From Phoronis australis (lineage: Eukaryota; Animalia; Phoronida): a stretch of 64,000 nucleotides of DNA. Location: assembly GCA_002633005.1 (NCBI GenBank), contig NMRA01000274.1, positions 101,817 to 165,816 of the forward strand, read 5' to 3'. This document shows, in pieces, positions 11,101 through 25,100 of the stretch. A program made the position numbers and the translations under genes. The stretch's first letter is position 1. Each line of letters opens with the position of its first letter. The notes below the pieces were generated by a model. It did not search any database and had not been told where the DNA came from. It saw only the letters and a program-made list of their open reading frames with translations.

Positions 11101-14100
11101 GTGACGTTGTTGGAGCCAGTAACTATGGCGATATCAGTAACAGAGTTGTTTCCTAAGAATGTGTCCTTTAAAGGTATGTTCACCAAAACTGTTCGTAAAA
11201 ATAGACACCCAGGTTTTGCAGTTACTTAGTTAGTCAACTGAATTAAACAAGCCTCCCTTCACAGCATAATTCAATCAACTATCCAACTAAAATGCAACAG
11301 TATGTTAATTAAATGCCATAATTGATGAGGAAGAATAACCGAATAAATCATGACAGACAGATAGAAATGCACAGCACCACTCTCTCAGCAAACACAGCTA
11401 GTGATCATGTCAAAACCTCAACAGCAATAGGACAACAAAGGCATCAAAAGATCATCAACCACTATCACACAGCGCCACCTACCTGTATGTGTGAGTCTAG
11501 ATGGCCAGGCAGGCCCATGGCTGGATAGCTGGAGGGGATGGAATGTCCGGGGTGCACTAGACCGGCCATGCCGGGGTGCGGCGGGAAGCCAGGCAGTTGA
11601 CCCTCGGCGTGGTTGCGCAGGACGTGGATGGCGTCGTCCAGCCTCTCTTCCATTCGACTTTGCTATAACAGAAGAGATGGCAGTGATCAACAAGGCAACA
11701 ATGGATTCATACTTCATAGGTTTACATTCAACTTGCAACCTCATAAGAATCATGATCAAAGTAAGAATGTGGTTGTGGAATTCACCTGCCACCCTCAGGC
11801 ATAGAGTTCGGTGCGGTTGTTCAAAAGTCCGCATCAGGCTCCAGGATCTAATCTTTGTACTCGAAATCACACCCAAAATTACTTTTTGCATTTTCTGTTC
11901 TACTTTTGTGCAAACTTCATATAAGCGTCTATTATTCCGTATCTGAGTAAATTATGGTTTATGCGGGCAAGTTTCTAGTCCAAGTTTGCACTTAATGACC
12001 CCTGCATTAAAGCGACAAGTTAGAATGTGGACTCCAAAAAATCGAGAGTTTTTGCTCGAGATTGTAGTTCAAATTTAAAGCCCATCAAGAGCAAACTTAG
12101 AATAAATCAATTATCATAATTTACACAAACACAAAATAATAAACACTTAGTTTCAGTTTGTGCACAAACAGAATGGAAAAAGTAAAAAATAACTTTGAAT
12201 TTGATTTCGATTAAAAAGATTAGATCTCATGACCCCCCTCCCAGACCACTGTTTTATGAAACGCCTGAAGATCAGTACTGTAGTCAGGACCCAACACACT
12301 TTGAAATGAGGTTCAAATCGGTAAGTGCGGACAGTAACTCAAAATGTGAAGCCACTAGAACAAAAATGTGAAAGACATTTTCAATTTGTTGGTTCGCCAT
12401 TACATCTATTGAGAATTCATTGAAATAACATACCACAGTAACTGTTGCATGGGAGATTTCTTAACATAAACAGTTATTCACAGTTCATCAGCAGAAGTGA
12501 CTAGATTACTAGACTACCACAACACCGACTAGGGGAACTAGGGCACTAGGGGCTAGGTCCTATGCTAGACGGAAAGCACAAAGCTACGAAAGAAAGGTTT
12601 GCCAATAAAAGTTTTTTCCTGTTCGACACCTTTAAAGTAAGAGTCCAGTTTTGTGCGGCATTTCAACACACAACAAGGACTAGGAAGAAACAATTTCTTA
12701 TAGATCATGTGGCTGTCTTAGCCATTTTGTGAACTAAAAAAGCAAGAGAGCAACTTTCCATGACCAATGTATAATGGTATCGAACAGAAATAGGGGGCGT
12801 CTCTCAAGACCAGAGAGAGGTAGAGAGATCAACGGATCTTTGGACTGCTCGTGTTCGAGGCCAACACGACTAGTAGTATCTGCAAGGAAAATCTGCATGT
12901 AACACGACACGAAGATATGACGAGAAGCATGCATACAAGATGGCCGCCACCACAAGCACAAGCCCGTCCACCGAGTAGCCGCGTTACCTCCACTTGGTCA
13001 CGTAACCCGTGGATGGCGTCGTCTAGACGTTCCTCCACGCGGGATTGCTGAAAAAGTCGAGCACGAGGGTCTGGAGACGAGTGCAACCGCGCCAATACAT
13101 GTGACCTGCACAGAGCCTGTGGTACCTGTGACCTGCACACCCTATGATACCTGTGACCAGCACAGACCCTGTGGTACATGCTCCCTTAAGCCACTAGAGC
13201 TAAGTCAGGAAGAGAAACAGTCAACCACATGAACTACATATCTCTATCCATCTATCTATCCAACATGCATCCGAAAACAACGTGAAGACATTTTCAAATC
13301 AATCTAACGCGAGACGAATCGATCGAGATGAAATTTCAAATCCAATTTGCGCCCAATTAGCGCCAGGTGGCCACCAATCTTTGGCACCCGGTCCCCTTGT
13401 TTACCCAGTGTGTTTCTCATTGATGAGCACGCCCACTTACCAGACAATGTAGATGACTTTCAAAAGGTGGCGAGGTAGTGCTCTGTGTTGTAGGCCAACG
13501 ACCCGTGGGGGGACCTGCAATCAGATGGAACAACCTTGTAACAAAATCCTCCACCAGTAGTAAGCAGCACAAAATGAAGACCTAATTCACTTAGTTAAGT
13601 GAACTCTGGAGCACGACAAAAGTGCAGTTCGCATGCAGTCTTCCAACAATTATTTTACGAGAATTTCAACTATTGGTAGGGAATGCTGAATTGTATTTTT
13701 CTGCTTAAGTCCATTTTCCCCAAACCAAGCCACATCAAATCACTGACAACTGATAAAAACCATTGATGAGAGGGGGTTTCCTCTCATCCAAAAAAGTCCC
13801 CACTCAGACAGCACTGGTGAACAAGAGGCCAGGCAATTTAACAAGACTGGATCCCCACTGCTGCATATGTCAGCGATTTGTTCACAGTACAGTACAAATG
13901 AAACTCAGGTCAAACTATCGAAACCCGGTTTGTAAGTAAAATTTAAGAGCGAAATGTAGATTATACAAATAGGCCCTCTCGACTGGCTGTTCATTGACAA
14001 TTGGCAAGGCTGCTTACAACAGCTAGGACCAAGAAAGCGGGCGAGCCGCAGTTTACCTGTGATTGACTGTGGCGATGAGACTGGCGTAGAACTGTTTGAG

Positions 14101-15391
14101 CTGTAACTGGTGGCAGTGTGGTCTGTTGAATAGATCTGAAAACAACGAGTGAGAAAGAGACACGGTAAGGTCATGGTACTGTGGACAGTATTTTGATAAA
14201 TGACACCAAAGTTCCTCCTCAGCAGTGAGCCATGAGGTGGTTTTGAGCAACACTGACAGCAGTTTGTTATGATGACACTGATAATATACTCTTGCGTTAC
14301 TCAGCAGAATTTTAGCGGACCAAAATGGAAATGAGTCTAACTTTTTGTGCTAAAGGTGTTTCCCACTTAAATCATTTCCCTTGTATTTTTTGTATTTTTA
14401 GCACTTGGGTGAGCTAAATAAATAAGGTAAAAACACAAAAGAAAAATGGTTCACTAGACCACACAAATATACAGATTATCCTGGAGGCGTTTCAAAACTG
14501 GGAACTTAGTAACTGTGTAAAATCTATTGCGTTTACTAAATAACAGGGTTTGACCGGGTCTCGAGATATGGGGGAGTTTCAGCTGTGGCACAAATCTTGC
14601 TGACTGCGGTTATGCTAAACCTATATAGCACCAATAAAGATGAGTGAAAATTTATTCCAATTTCTCAAAAAATGAAGATTAAGGAAAATCTTGATTCTAT
14701 TATTAGCGTGATTTGTACTGTGTAGATGTAACCAAAGAATACTTTTCAAAGTTCCCATTATTTACAGCAAGGTAAAAAATAGAAAATTGACAATTTTGAC
14801 TATTACTTTGGTGCGAAATAAGAAATGACCTATCGCCAGGATATTGAGTGACAGCTTAATTGACCAATCAGAACCCAGCATTCTTGACACACATTAGTTT
14901 CCAAACTGCCATTTTACCCGACAAACAACACATTGTCGGGTAAAACTCATTGTTTGGTGACTTTTTACAAGGAGGCGGAGCTTGCAATAGGTCAATTACT
15001 GCATGACCAGACAGGCATCTCCACAGACGCCCAAGCACATGGCTCCACAGATCAGAATAACATCAAGTCACACTCAACAGTGCAACTGTATTACAGAAGT
15101 ACTTAGTCTCAAAACGGTGCCAGTGAAACAGAGGGTTCACCCGAGTGTGCATACTCACAGAGGCGAGCGCCTTTCCCAGGGCGTCCGAGCTGCCCTGTGA
15201 CCTCGGCACCAGGTCGGGCCCGTTGGCAGCGGTGGCTGGCGACGAGGTGGCCGCCGTCCGACTGTGGGCATGGAAGGTGGAGAGGGGCGGGAGACCCGAG
15301 CTCAGCTCTGTTGTGTGGTAGCCACCCTGCCACGAGTGAAGCAAAGGCATTTATAAGGGGATCACTGACCTTGAAAGGGCATCAGTTATCA

Positions 15392-15431
<40 letters not shown>

Positions 15432-18400
15432 CAAGAATCCAAAAATTTTGAATAAGTGCTAACATGGCTTCTAAAAATCAGGGAAGAATTCAGGCACGTT
15501 TAGTTGAAAAGAATCCACACAATCCGCTGTACACATCATGAAACTAAATTTGTTACATGTCTCACAAATTCTCAACTTAACTTTCACAGTCCACTTTAAC
15601 AAACCATGAAAATCATGGAAAATACAACACTGTGGTTACAAAGGAGAGCCAACTGGTGTGTATTAAGAAAAATTGCAAACACAAAACCGCGCGGTCGTAT
15701 ACACGAGTGGGTCCACTTTCAGAAACTCCGACTACACAAATCACAGCCGGAACCAAGTTTTGATGAATACTCATTTACCAGTAATACACTAAACACGGAC
15801 AACCATCTCCAGTACACTGCCAATTAGAATGTTCAGGATTTCAGTCCAGCATACCAAACCTGATGAGAAACGGACACCGCACAAAACAGGCAAGACAAAA
15901 CCCTCATTTGCCGCTCAACAGGCAATTTGAAAGTGGCACTCACCAGTGAGTCGTGTGCTGGGTGATACGAAGAGGATGTGTGTGAATACTGCGTTGTACC
16001 GGGGTGCGAACTCGACGGCCAAGGCTCTGTAGCGTGTGTGCCTTCTGTAGATAGAGGGACATAGAATCAAGGATGGCAATACACCTGCCAGAGATGCGGA
16101 CAGATGCTCTGGCTGACGGGGACCACGGCATAAATATAGTGATTGTGCACACGTTCCTAAATGATGATTGGAGCCGGTGGAAAAGGTCGCAAATAGTTTT
16201 CACCTAATACTTTTCAAGGAGTGCGTGTATGCTTCTAAACAAAATTTCATAATAATAATATTGTCAAGTAATTAAACCATTTGAAGCTGCACAGCTTTAT
16301 TCTAGAGAATTAACTTAAGACAAGAAATATCTATTAGGGAACTTGCAAGCAGTTCATGAGTCACAAGTTTCAGAGACTGAGAAAAAACATAATACTTAAC
16401 TAACATAAAGACAGGGAAACAGGTCCCTCACCTTGATTTTTTAACTACTTCAACACATACAAACTGACAAATCTACAACTGAACGTTGCGCCTTTCCGAA
16501 ACGGGATGGGCAAAAATCACAGCATTTTTAAAACATGGACCACGGGCAATAGTCAGGGTTTTCCCCGAGCCAAAACATGAACGTTGTACAAATTTGTACA
16601 TCAAGCTTATTTGCTTATTTACAGAAACAAATATAACCTGCTGAGTATACCCTATTACTTCTACATCATATGTATGAAAAATAAACACAACTGTCCGATG
16701 ATATTTCAATCATTTGTCTTCTAAAGTAGACAAAATTACAGGTTTTTCAAATATGGCTCAAGATTGTAAACACGGCTCAGAACTTCTCAAATACATTTAA
16801 AAACACGGCTCAGAACTTCTCAAACACGGGGCAGCACCATATGTGAAAACATGTAGCGAGAACTCGATGATGCTTTCTCAAAAAAATGAACAAGACAACA
16901 TGGATATCGCATCATGCATTGGGAAACTTTCTGATCAGCAAATCAGATCGGGTCTTGTTAGTGCGACTGAATTGAGATATTTGCGCACACGTCAATGGAG
17001 GCCAGAATACTCAAAACATCTGTCATGACAGGAAAAATGATTTACCAAACTTTCTGGCATCCAACACAGTTCACAGAGAGCTGACATGCTAATCACCTGG
17101 ACGAACATTTCACGCAGTTTTGTAGCATTCTAGTAAGACAATTATCTCAGTTCAGTTTAGATTTTTTTTCTAAATTGTCCCACATATTTCTTTAAAAAAT
17201 TATTGGAAGACAGTGATCAAATTTGAACAGGATATTCTTTTCTATATTGACAAATATTTTTATTTAAGTCAGGACAAATTTCCACAAACCCCAATGTCTA
17301 CCAGTTGTTCGGAACACAGTGTTTTAAAATCACACTGTTATAATAAAAAACAACACTACACAATGAAAAACTGGATCTAATGTTGGGTATTTCACCATAA
17401 GTGTTCACATCTTTCAAGTAAACCACACAAAAATTTGCCTTTTTATAAAAAATATGTCAATGCCAAGTTCTTGACAATTAAGTGACATGCTCAAACATCA
17501 ATTTAAAATACCTTTTCCAAAAACTTTCTATATCACATCTCAGTCACACATAAAAATTTTTATTTTAGAAGCGTAGTACTTGCTGGCAGCAATGCAAGGA
17601 CAAAAACACCACTCATTCTTTTCAAAAAAAATCTAAATGCCAAGATCAAACCACTGGAATCGACCAAACAATTTCAAAATCAAAAGTACTAAATTGCAGC
17701 TCTTCAACGCACAAACATTCTTTTCTGCGCTTCCACCTGCGGAGGCATCATGGAAGATAAATGTTCCGACTTTGTATTGATAAACATGAAAGAAAATCTG
17801 TGTTGGTTCTAAAAATCCAATTTTCTCCCCGATTATGTAATCCCTGTCAAAGCCAACAGATGTTAGCATCCATCAATCAGCTTCTGGCAACTGTTGAAAC
17901 TAAAAAAATCTCACTTTAAACCATAAACATCTGGTACGGCAAGACAATCTTTCCGTAGGCACCCAGTGAATCTGTGTTCCGCGTTGCACAAAATGGTGAG
18001 ATGTGGTCACGGACAGCATTCACTTTTGTTCAGATGCACCTTTACGTAAAAATCATTTCCCCCCGTTTCAGTAGGAGTGGAGCAGATTTTAAACCACCAA
18101 TTTTGCTGTATCAAACCTGCATTTGCTCCATTAGCAACACCAATTCTTCGGCAAATGACGGTAGACATCATGCGCTCCCAATTCGTGTCAAAACCGCACA
18201 TCGAAACTTTTCCTGATCAAAAAAAATCTAGAATATCTAATTCCAGAAAAGTCAACATTTGTTATTTTTCCTCCAAGGTTTTTAATAGCATTCCGCAATT
18301 CCAAGTTTACCACCAGCAAACACAGTTAAAAGTCCATTAACTTTAAATACCAATATTCCAAGACTATGCTTACTACTCATGTGGGCAGTCGTAAACTTGT

Positions 18401-19087
18401 CATTGGCTTGGCATGGGAGAATTTGGCTAAAATATTTAGAGGCCATGTGCAGTTTACCAGAACTATTTACAAACTTGGCTTAGGTGCTGGCAATCCAGAC
18501 AACTGCTTGTTTAAATTAACATTCGCAGAAAATTCAATAAAATAAATATAAGTTTCTGTGCATTTACGTTTACGTGCCCACAAAGCAAAGAGAGAGAGAA
18601 AGAGAGAGAGAGAGAATCCTAAAGCCGATATCGGGCAACAACCTCCCCACGCTAATCTTCAACACCCAAATCCATGCCAAAACTTGTAATGACGTGAAAT
18701 CAACGTTCTCTTACCTGTGCCGAATATGTAGGAAGGAGAGGTGAATCGGGGCGAGTCGTGTGTGTACTCATCGGGGCTCCCAGAATATACCTGAAACAAA
18801 GTGCAAGGATGTTTAACCAGCCAACGGTATATCGCGTTCATTTCTCGCACCACAGTAAATCAACTGCCGCTTAACCGTAGAGCCAAGGACAAATCGGACA
18901 GACTCTTAAATCATGGTGGCCCATAAAAACGACTGCGCATCATTTGATCATTCAGTAATCAAGGAAATAACTGAATTTGATGTTAGCCGATATGACAAGC
19001 ACAAAGCTTTTAAATAAATTGCGAAAAACCAACACGAGGAAGTAAACNATAAGTTTCTGTGCATTTACGTTTACGTGCCCACAAAGC

Positions 19088-19126
<39 letters not shown>

Positions 19127-22100
19127 ATCCTAAAGCCGATATCGGGCAACAACCTCCCCACGCTAATCTTCAACACCCAAATCCATGCCAAAACTTGCAA
19201 TGACGTGAAATCAACGTTCTCTTACCTGTGCCGAATATGTAGGAAGGAGAGGTGAATCGGGGCGAGTCATGTGTGTACTCATCGGGGCTCCCAGAATATA
19301 CCTGAAACAAAGTGCAAGGATGTTTAACCAGCCAACGGTATATCGCGTTCATTTCTCGCACCACAGTAAATCAACTGCCGCTTAACCGTAGAGCCAAGGA
19401 CAAATCGGACAGACTCTTAAATCATGGTGGCCCATAAAAACGACTGCGCATCATTTGATCATTCAGTAATCAAGGAAATAACTGAATTTGATGTTAGCCG
19501 ATATGACAAGCACAAAGCTTTTAAATAAATTGCGAAAAACCAACACGAGGAAGTAAACCATCCCAGTCACTCGCACAAAAGGCTTCATTGGTTACTATGA
19601 CAACGCTCAAATCAAACGTGAACCAATTTTTATTTAATCAACAGAGTGACTGGCTCTCTGGAAAATCACAATGCCCAAAGCGAACGATTTCCAACAAATG
19701 GTAGTGGTGAAATGGAGAAGAATGTGGAGTGAAAATTCTCTCCGTTTCGATAAGTGCCCATGCATGCTTTGTCACAATTATCTTTTCGAGGACAGAATGA
19801 AAGCAAACAATGGACAGCAAGGTCATTGCATAACTAACTAGCCATAGGATTAAAATTATTCAACATGGGACTGAAATAATTGCTAAAATAGCCACTTTTC
19901 TCATTCAGTAGATGGCTACCACACAAACCACGGTTAGAAAGAAGAAGGCAGAAGAACTTGCTCAAGAGTTATTTCTGTTGAGAAATCTCACTCGTCTGCC
20001 GTACTGTGTTTGCAAACTGCGGAATTTTTTTACAATTCTGCATCAATAACGTGTAAATCTGATACTTTGAAAAGTAATTCTGGAAATAATCTGAAAGGAA
20101 AGGCGCCAAACTATATAGTGTGTTAAGATAAAGAACTGATCTAAATTTGACAAACGCAACAGAATCAAAGCACAATGCATACGTTTACCGGGCAAAGCTC
20201 AAACTACAACAAGGAAATACTGGAGCCCAACGGTTCAAAATCTTAGGATGGCTATGTCCGGAGAGCCTAGAACTAGAAACCAGAGAAAAATAATTTAATT
20301 AGCTTTATTTCCTTCTTTTTTCAGGAAATTAATTTATCAAAAACATTTTGGCCCTAAAAGCTTTTAAGCAAATACTTCCATCCCCTTTTCAGCAATGTGA
20401 GCAAATTTAATTGATAAAAACTGACTGTTCACACAGCTCATTTGCAGATTGCCTGAAGCCCGTATATGAAATATAATTATTGAAAAGAGGAACACAAGTC
20501 TTGTCCTGAATTGACCGAACGAGGATTTTTTCAAGTTTTAGATGAGTCCAAAGGACACCTTAAAATTCATTCAGTTATCTTGGCACGCGGACGACACAGT
20601 GTATATAATTGAAAAAAAAAACTATCCTTTCGAAAATACAAGGTTTCCTACAGAAAATATTACAGAAGCCCAGGCGCTAGTCACCCGTCTCACAAGATGG
20701 ATTGAGTAAAGAAAGGCCAGACCAACACTGACACATTTTTTGTTTCGTTTTTTTTTATAATAATTTACGTAATTGATTGGTAAACGGACAAGGTTGGGCA
20801 AATTTAGGACAATTTGCAGCCCTGAACAGGTACAAACTCTCCCTAGTGTGGGGACTTGAATCAAATCCAGAACTGTAATAACTTAGCCCCAGCATAAGAA
20901 CTTGCAGACACGAATGCACCAGAAAACATAGAATCGTATTCACTGGTACTTATGACAGACGCTCACAGAATTTGCAACCAAATCTCAATGATGAGCAACT
21001 GTGTCCTGAGTAACTCTAAAACATGCTAGAGCCTGATGACAATTTAATGTCATTTTCCTTATTCACACAGGAAATGGTGAGCCTGGCAAACAAGATTACC
21101 CAACCCCCTCACATAGGAATCTCTTGTTACCAGATCACCAAGGAGAACTATTCAGTCCTCCAGCCACTGGTTCGGGCAAACTCTAGGATCTCGGTGGAAT
21201 AAACTCTCAATTCAAGCGATAAGTCACATAAGCCCATAAAATTCTGCTAAACAAAAATCTTGACAAAAATGTATTAGAATTGTAATTGTCACACCAATAG
21301 CACAAAAAAGTTTCCTTTTTGCAGTCCTGAAAACGCCACTAAGAAATAATTTTCATATTAAATGCCAAGAGAAAAACATGTATCATTACAACACCTGATC
21401 AAAGTTTTCTTATAAAAAATATCTTCTACGACGTATTAGTTCAGGTTTTACACCTCAAGGAATGAACAATTTATTGCCGCCCTACTGAGATTTACCAGCA
21501 GACAATTGTTTAAATATATAATTTGAATTATATAGTACATTCTCAGAAAGGGCGAGGAGCAGAAGGAATGCTACAGGCCCATTCACCTGGTAATCAAGCT
21601 GATAATAATTATGTCATGACAGTCACAAAGCACAATCACCCATGGGGAAAACTTTGAGAGGGGGTCTTTGTCAGTTCTTGGTCTTCACCAGAACTGCTGT
21701 GACAGATCAGGTCAGCTGGCTTAGGCAATAACTGAAGGCCAGGGAAATATGTGAACAGACCTGTACAAGAATGTTGATTGGCGTTTGGAGGGACAGCAGA
21801 GAAACCAACACAAGGGATAAGACAACACTTGGCCTTCCTCAGTTCAGACTGCAGAACAGCGATATACCAAGAATACACCACACTGTGTGTTATCAGTGAT
21901 CTATCAAGGATGAAGACATGTTTAGTTCTGTCCAAAAATACATCAAATTTCGAACCCCTTGAACTTTAATAATCATGGTTATCACGGACAGCAGTTTGCT
22001 ACAATTGAAAGGATATTTTTACTAAATTGTAATTCGCCCAATATTTGAAATATGTTTCATCGGTAATCAGTTTCTCAGGCCCAAACATATCACGGTAAAG

Positions 22101-25100
22101 TATCTCAAAAATAACGCAGAACGTGACAGAACAGTCAAATTTCATGCTATCAAAATTTTCGACAAGAATAAACAAGAAGACAATTACCTGACTATTGAAA
22201 AAATTCACACAGTACGACTGTCATCATGATGAAATGTTGACATTTTTAGCAATACACTGAGCATCTAAAAAATGCAAAAAATCTTGGCCATTATCTTTGA
22301 GTGAATGTGAGAAAACGTAACCATAAATAAGTGACATTGCAGGGGTGAGATGGTGTTCAATAATGTAAAGTTCAGACAGACTGGACCTCTGATTTGTAAC
22401 AAGCACCTCACTTCAGGGACACTTGGAGTTACAATAATTCAGCACGGTAGTTCAGCAGTGGATCTTGATACGAGCCACAGATAAAAAAATCTAATAACAA
22501 GTTATGACAAAAAATTATTTTCAATTTTCAACCTAATTTCATCAATTTTATCGTTTTGAAGATGGCACACTGCACTCTTACCAAGCTATGCTGTTACTAA
22601 TTCCAGTCATTCCAACACATGTTCCTGTGCTTCTGGGAAAGACGAGTAAAACAATTCTACCACAGAAACGGTGCCCCGTTGGCATAGGATTATAGTTTTA
22701 CATTTATTTAACACAAGTTGTGCTTGCCACAGTGCTAAAACCACAAGCGGTTAGGTATTCAAGAGTCCCTTAAAATATACGCAATGCAGATAAACAAACC
22801 ACCATTCATTTTCCAAATAAGAAGAACTATCTATTGAATTTCAATAAAAACAGTTGACCATATTGACATCATCAGCAAAAAAGTACTTAAGCTTGACCCA
22901 ATTCCCACAACAGAACCAAACGAGGAATAATTTGACCGTTAATGGACTTTCAAGGAGAGCCGACTCATTTTGCAGTACCTGAAGTTGTAAATACGCATGG
23001 AGCTGTTTTAGTACTGGAAGACTCGATTTTCAAACCACAAATTGTAATTTGAAATCTTTCAGTCCTTGGGATGACAAAGCGAAGTCTGACCACACAGACG
23101 TTCAACTTTCTCCTGATTTTACAGATTTACCAAGAAAGCATCGTCACATTTGGGTTAAGCTGTGCTGGCAGTGTGTACTCCAAGCACTTTTCATTACATT
23201 TCTCAGTGTTTACAAACTAAAACTATAGTAATAACAGCCATCTGGTTCATTCTAAATTATCTTCTCTTGTTTCCCATTGATAGAAGTAGCTCAAGATTGG
23301 CCTCATTTGTCTAACATACATTATGCAATGTTCCATTGGACCGTGTTCGTTTTCGCACACCCATAGAAACTGAAACGGACCATAACGCTTTTGGAAGGCG
23401 GAACAACTAGAGCCAGTATTTGGAACCGTGGGATGAACACAGCTCTAAATGACAATGTTTCAACATTAAACTGCAGATTGGGGAATGCCAGTTTTATCAA
23501 AGGTATCATCTTTGCTACGACAGGAACACTGACAAAATGGGTCCCTAGGTTTTTATTAAGTTTCCGTGCCTCATACGTCACTATAATTTACCAATACCTC
23601 ATTTCTTGTATGTGATCTAACGACTGTGGGACCAGTCCATCATCCCACAGATGCAGTAGTCAAGCTTTCACAAATCAGAACACAAGGTGGCAAACAACAA
23701 AATTTTGGTTTTGCCAAAATAGCTAAGTAAAATATGTACATCTAAGAAAACTTGAACACTTCTTAGCAGAAACATTTTGTACAGCAAAGATCAGCAAATA
23801 ACGAGTTGGTGGCAAAATTTCTCTCTCTCCGTGAGAATCTTCTTTTTCTAGTTTAGATATTCTAGCTTTGGTACTTTTGCCGAGCCCAGGCTCAATATTT
23901 AGTCTATCTCAGCTTTGGCACTTTCTTCCACTCCATGCTCAATGTACGCCTTCACAACTCAGTGCCAGAAGAACAAAGGAGCCCTTCTCTCTCTCTCTGA
24001 TTGGGTCATCAAAGTGCACTACACTGCTGAGAGTGTTCCAACTGTTATGTAACAGAGGAAAGGAAGAAGAACAGTATCCCTGGCCTGGATGATGCCACTT
24101 TGGTTCAAAAGTCGACCTTTAGTTACTAGAGCACAGAAAGACAACTTTGGGAAAATGTAACTGGTTTATACAACATTTTAATAAAAACTGTGGCTTTTGC
24201 GATTCCACCGCATATTTTATCTATCTGATCAATCAATGTTTAGCATTTAATAAGGAAGTGTTGTCACTTCAAGGTTGGGAGATGATGACCCAGGAGCCAA
24301 TTTACCATTTGAATCGGATGAAAATCAAGGCTATCCAAACAGAGACACATTGCTCGCTTGCAGCGTTGTCCAGTGCATAAGTACCTAATTAATGAATGTG
24401 TTAACTAGCCAACAACATGGTTCTCCCCAAGCAAAAATTCAAAATGCAAATTCCACGCCATATTGTTGTGTTCTAATTTCTTTTATGTTAATTCACAAAA
24501 ACAGCTATTGCTTACATATTACATTCATGTCACTGTCATATTCAATGCAAAATAATAGATGTATGCGGCCAACTATGCAACACTTTTTCAACCGTTGTGT
24601 GAAGCAGAAAAATGGCTTCTCTAACATGGCTTCACATTTAAAATATGGCTCAGGGCTTTTCAAACATGGCGCAAAACATGGAGCAGCAAACTGTTTGATA
24701 GCATGTACGGGGAACACTGAAACTAGGTGGAAAGAACTGTACACCATGACGCGAGAGTTTTTGATTTTCCCAGTAAACTAGGGTTCCTTAATTCAAAGAT
24801 ACTCTTAAGACAAAACGCAAACAAATTTCAACTCGTGGAAATCAGCACTAAAACTTTTCTTCAAACAAGACTGCAAATGAGAAGTACGTCACACATCTTT
24901 ATCTCATATTCAACTTAAGTACCAAGATGGAAACTGAACAAACACAAAAATTGTTGATCAAGTGTTGATCTAGGCCAATGGACCACATGGCATCCATGCC
25001 CAGTGTGGCGCTACAATAACAAAGTGAGGGACAACGGGTGCAGGATGGCCTTTGTTTTAACCCTCCCAAGTGGTGCCAACAATGGGGAGGTATTCGTGGA

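Larger units (their letters stand above)
18548..19558. repeat. about 500-bp direct duplication flanking the single N at 19048 (probable haplotype/assembly overlap)
   Basis: 18548-19047 matches 19049-19558, differing only in (GA)n length and a couple of SNPs. Confidence 0.9.

Noticed and set aside
11057-11151. Possible exon [15 protein letters not shown]...SRQ
   Set aside because: Its only open frame needs a phase-1 entry, but the upstream exon ends in phase 0.
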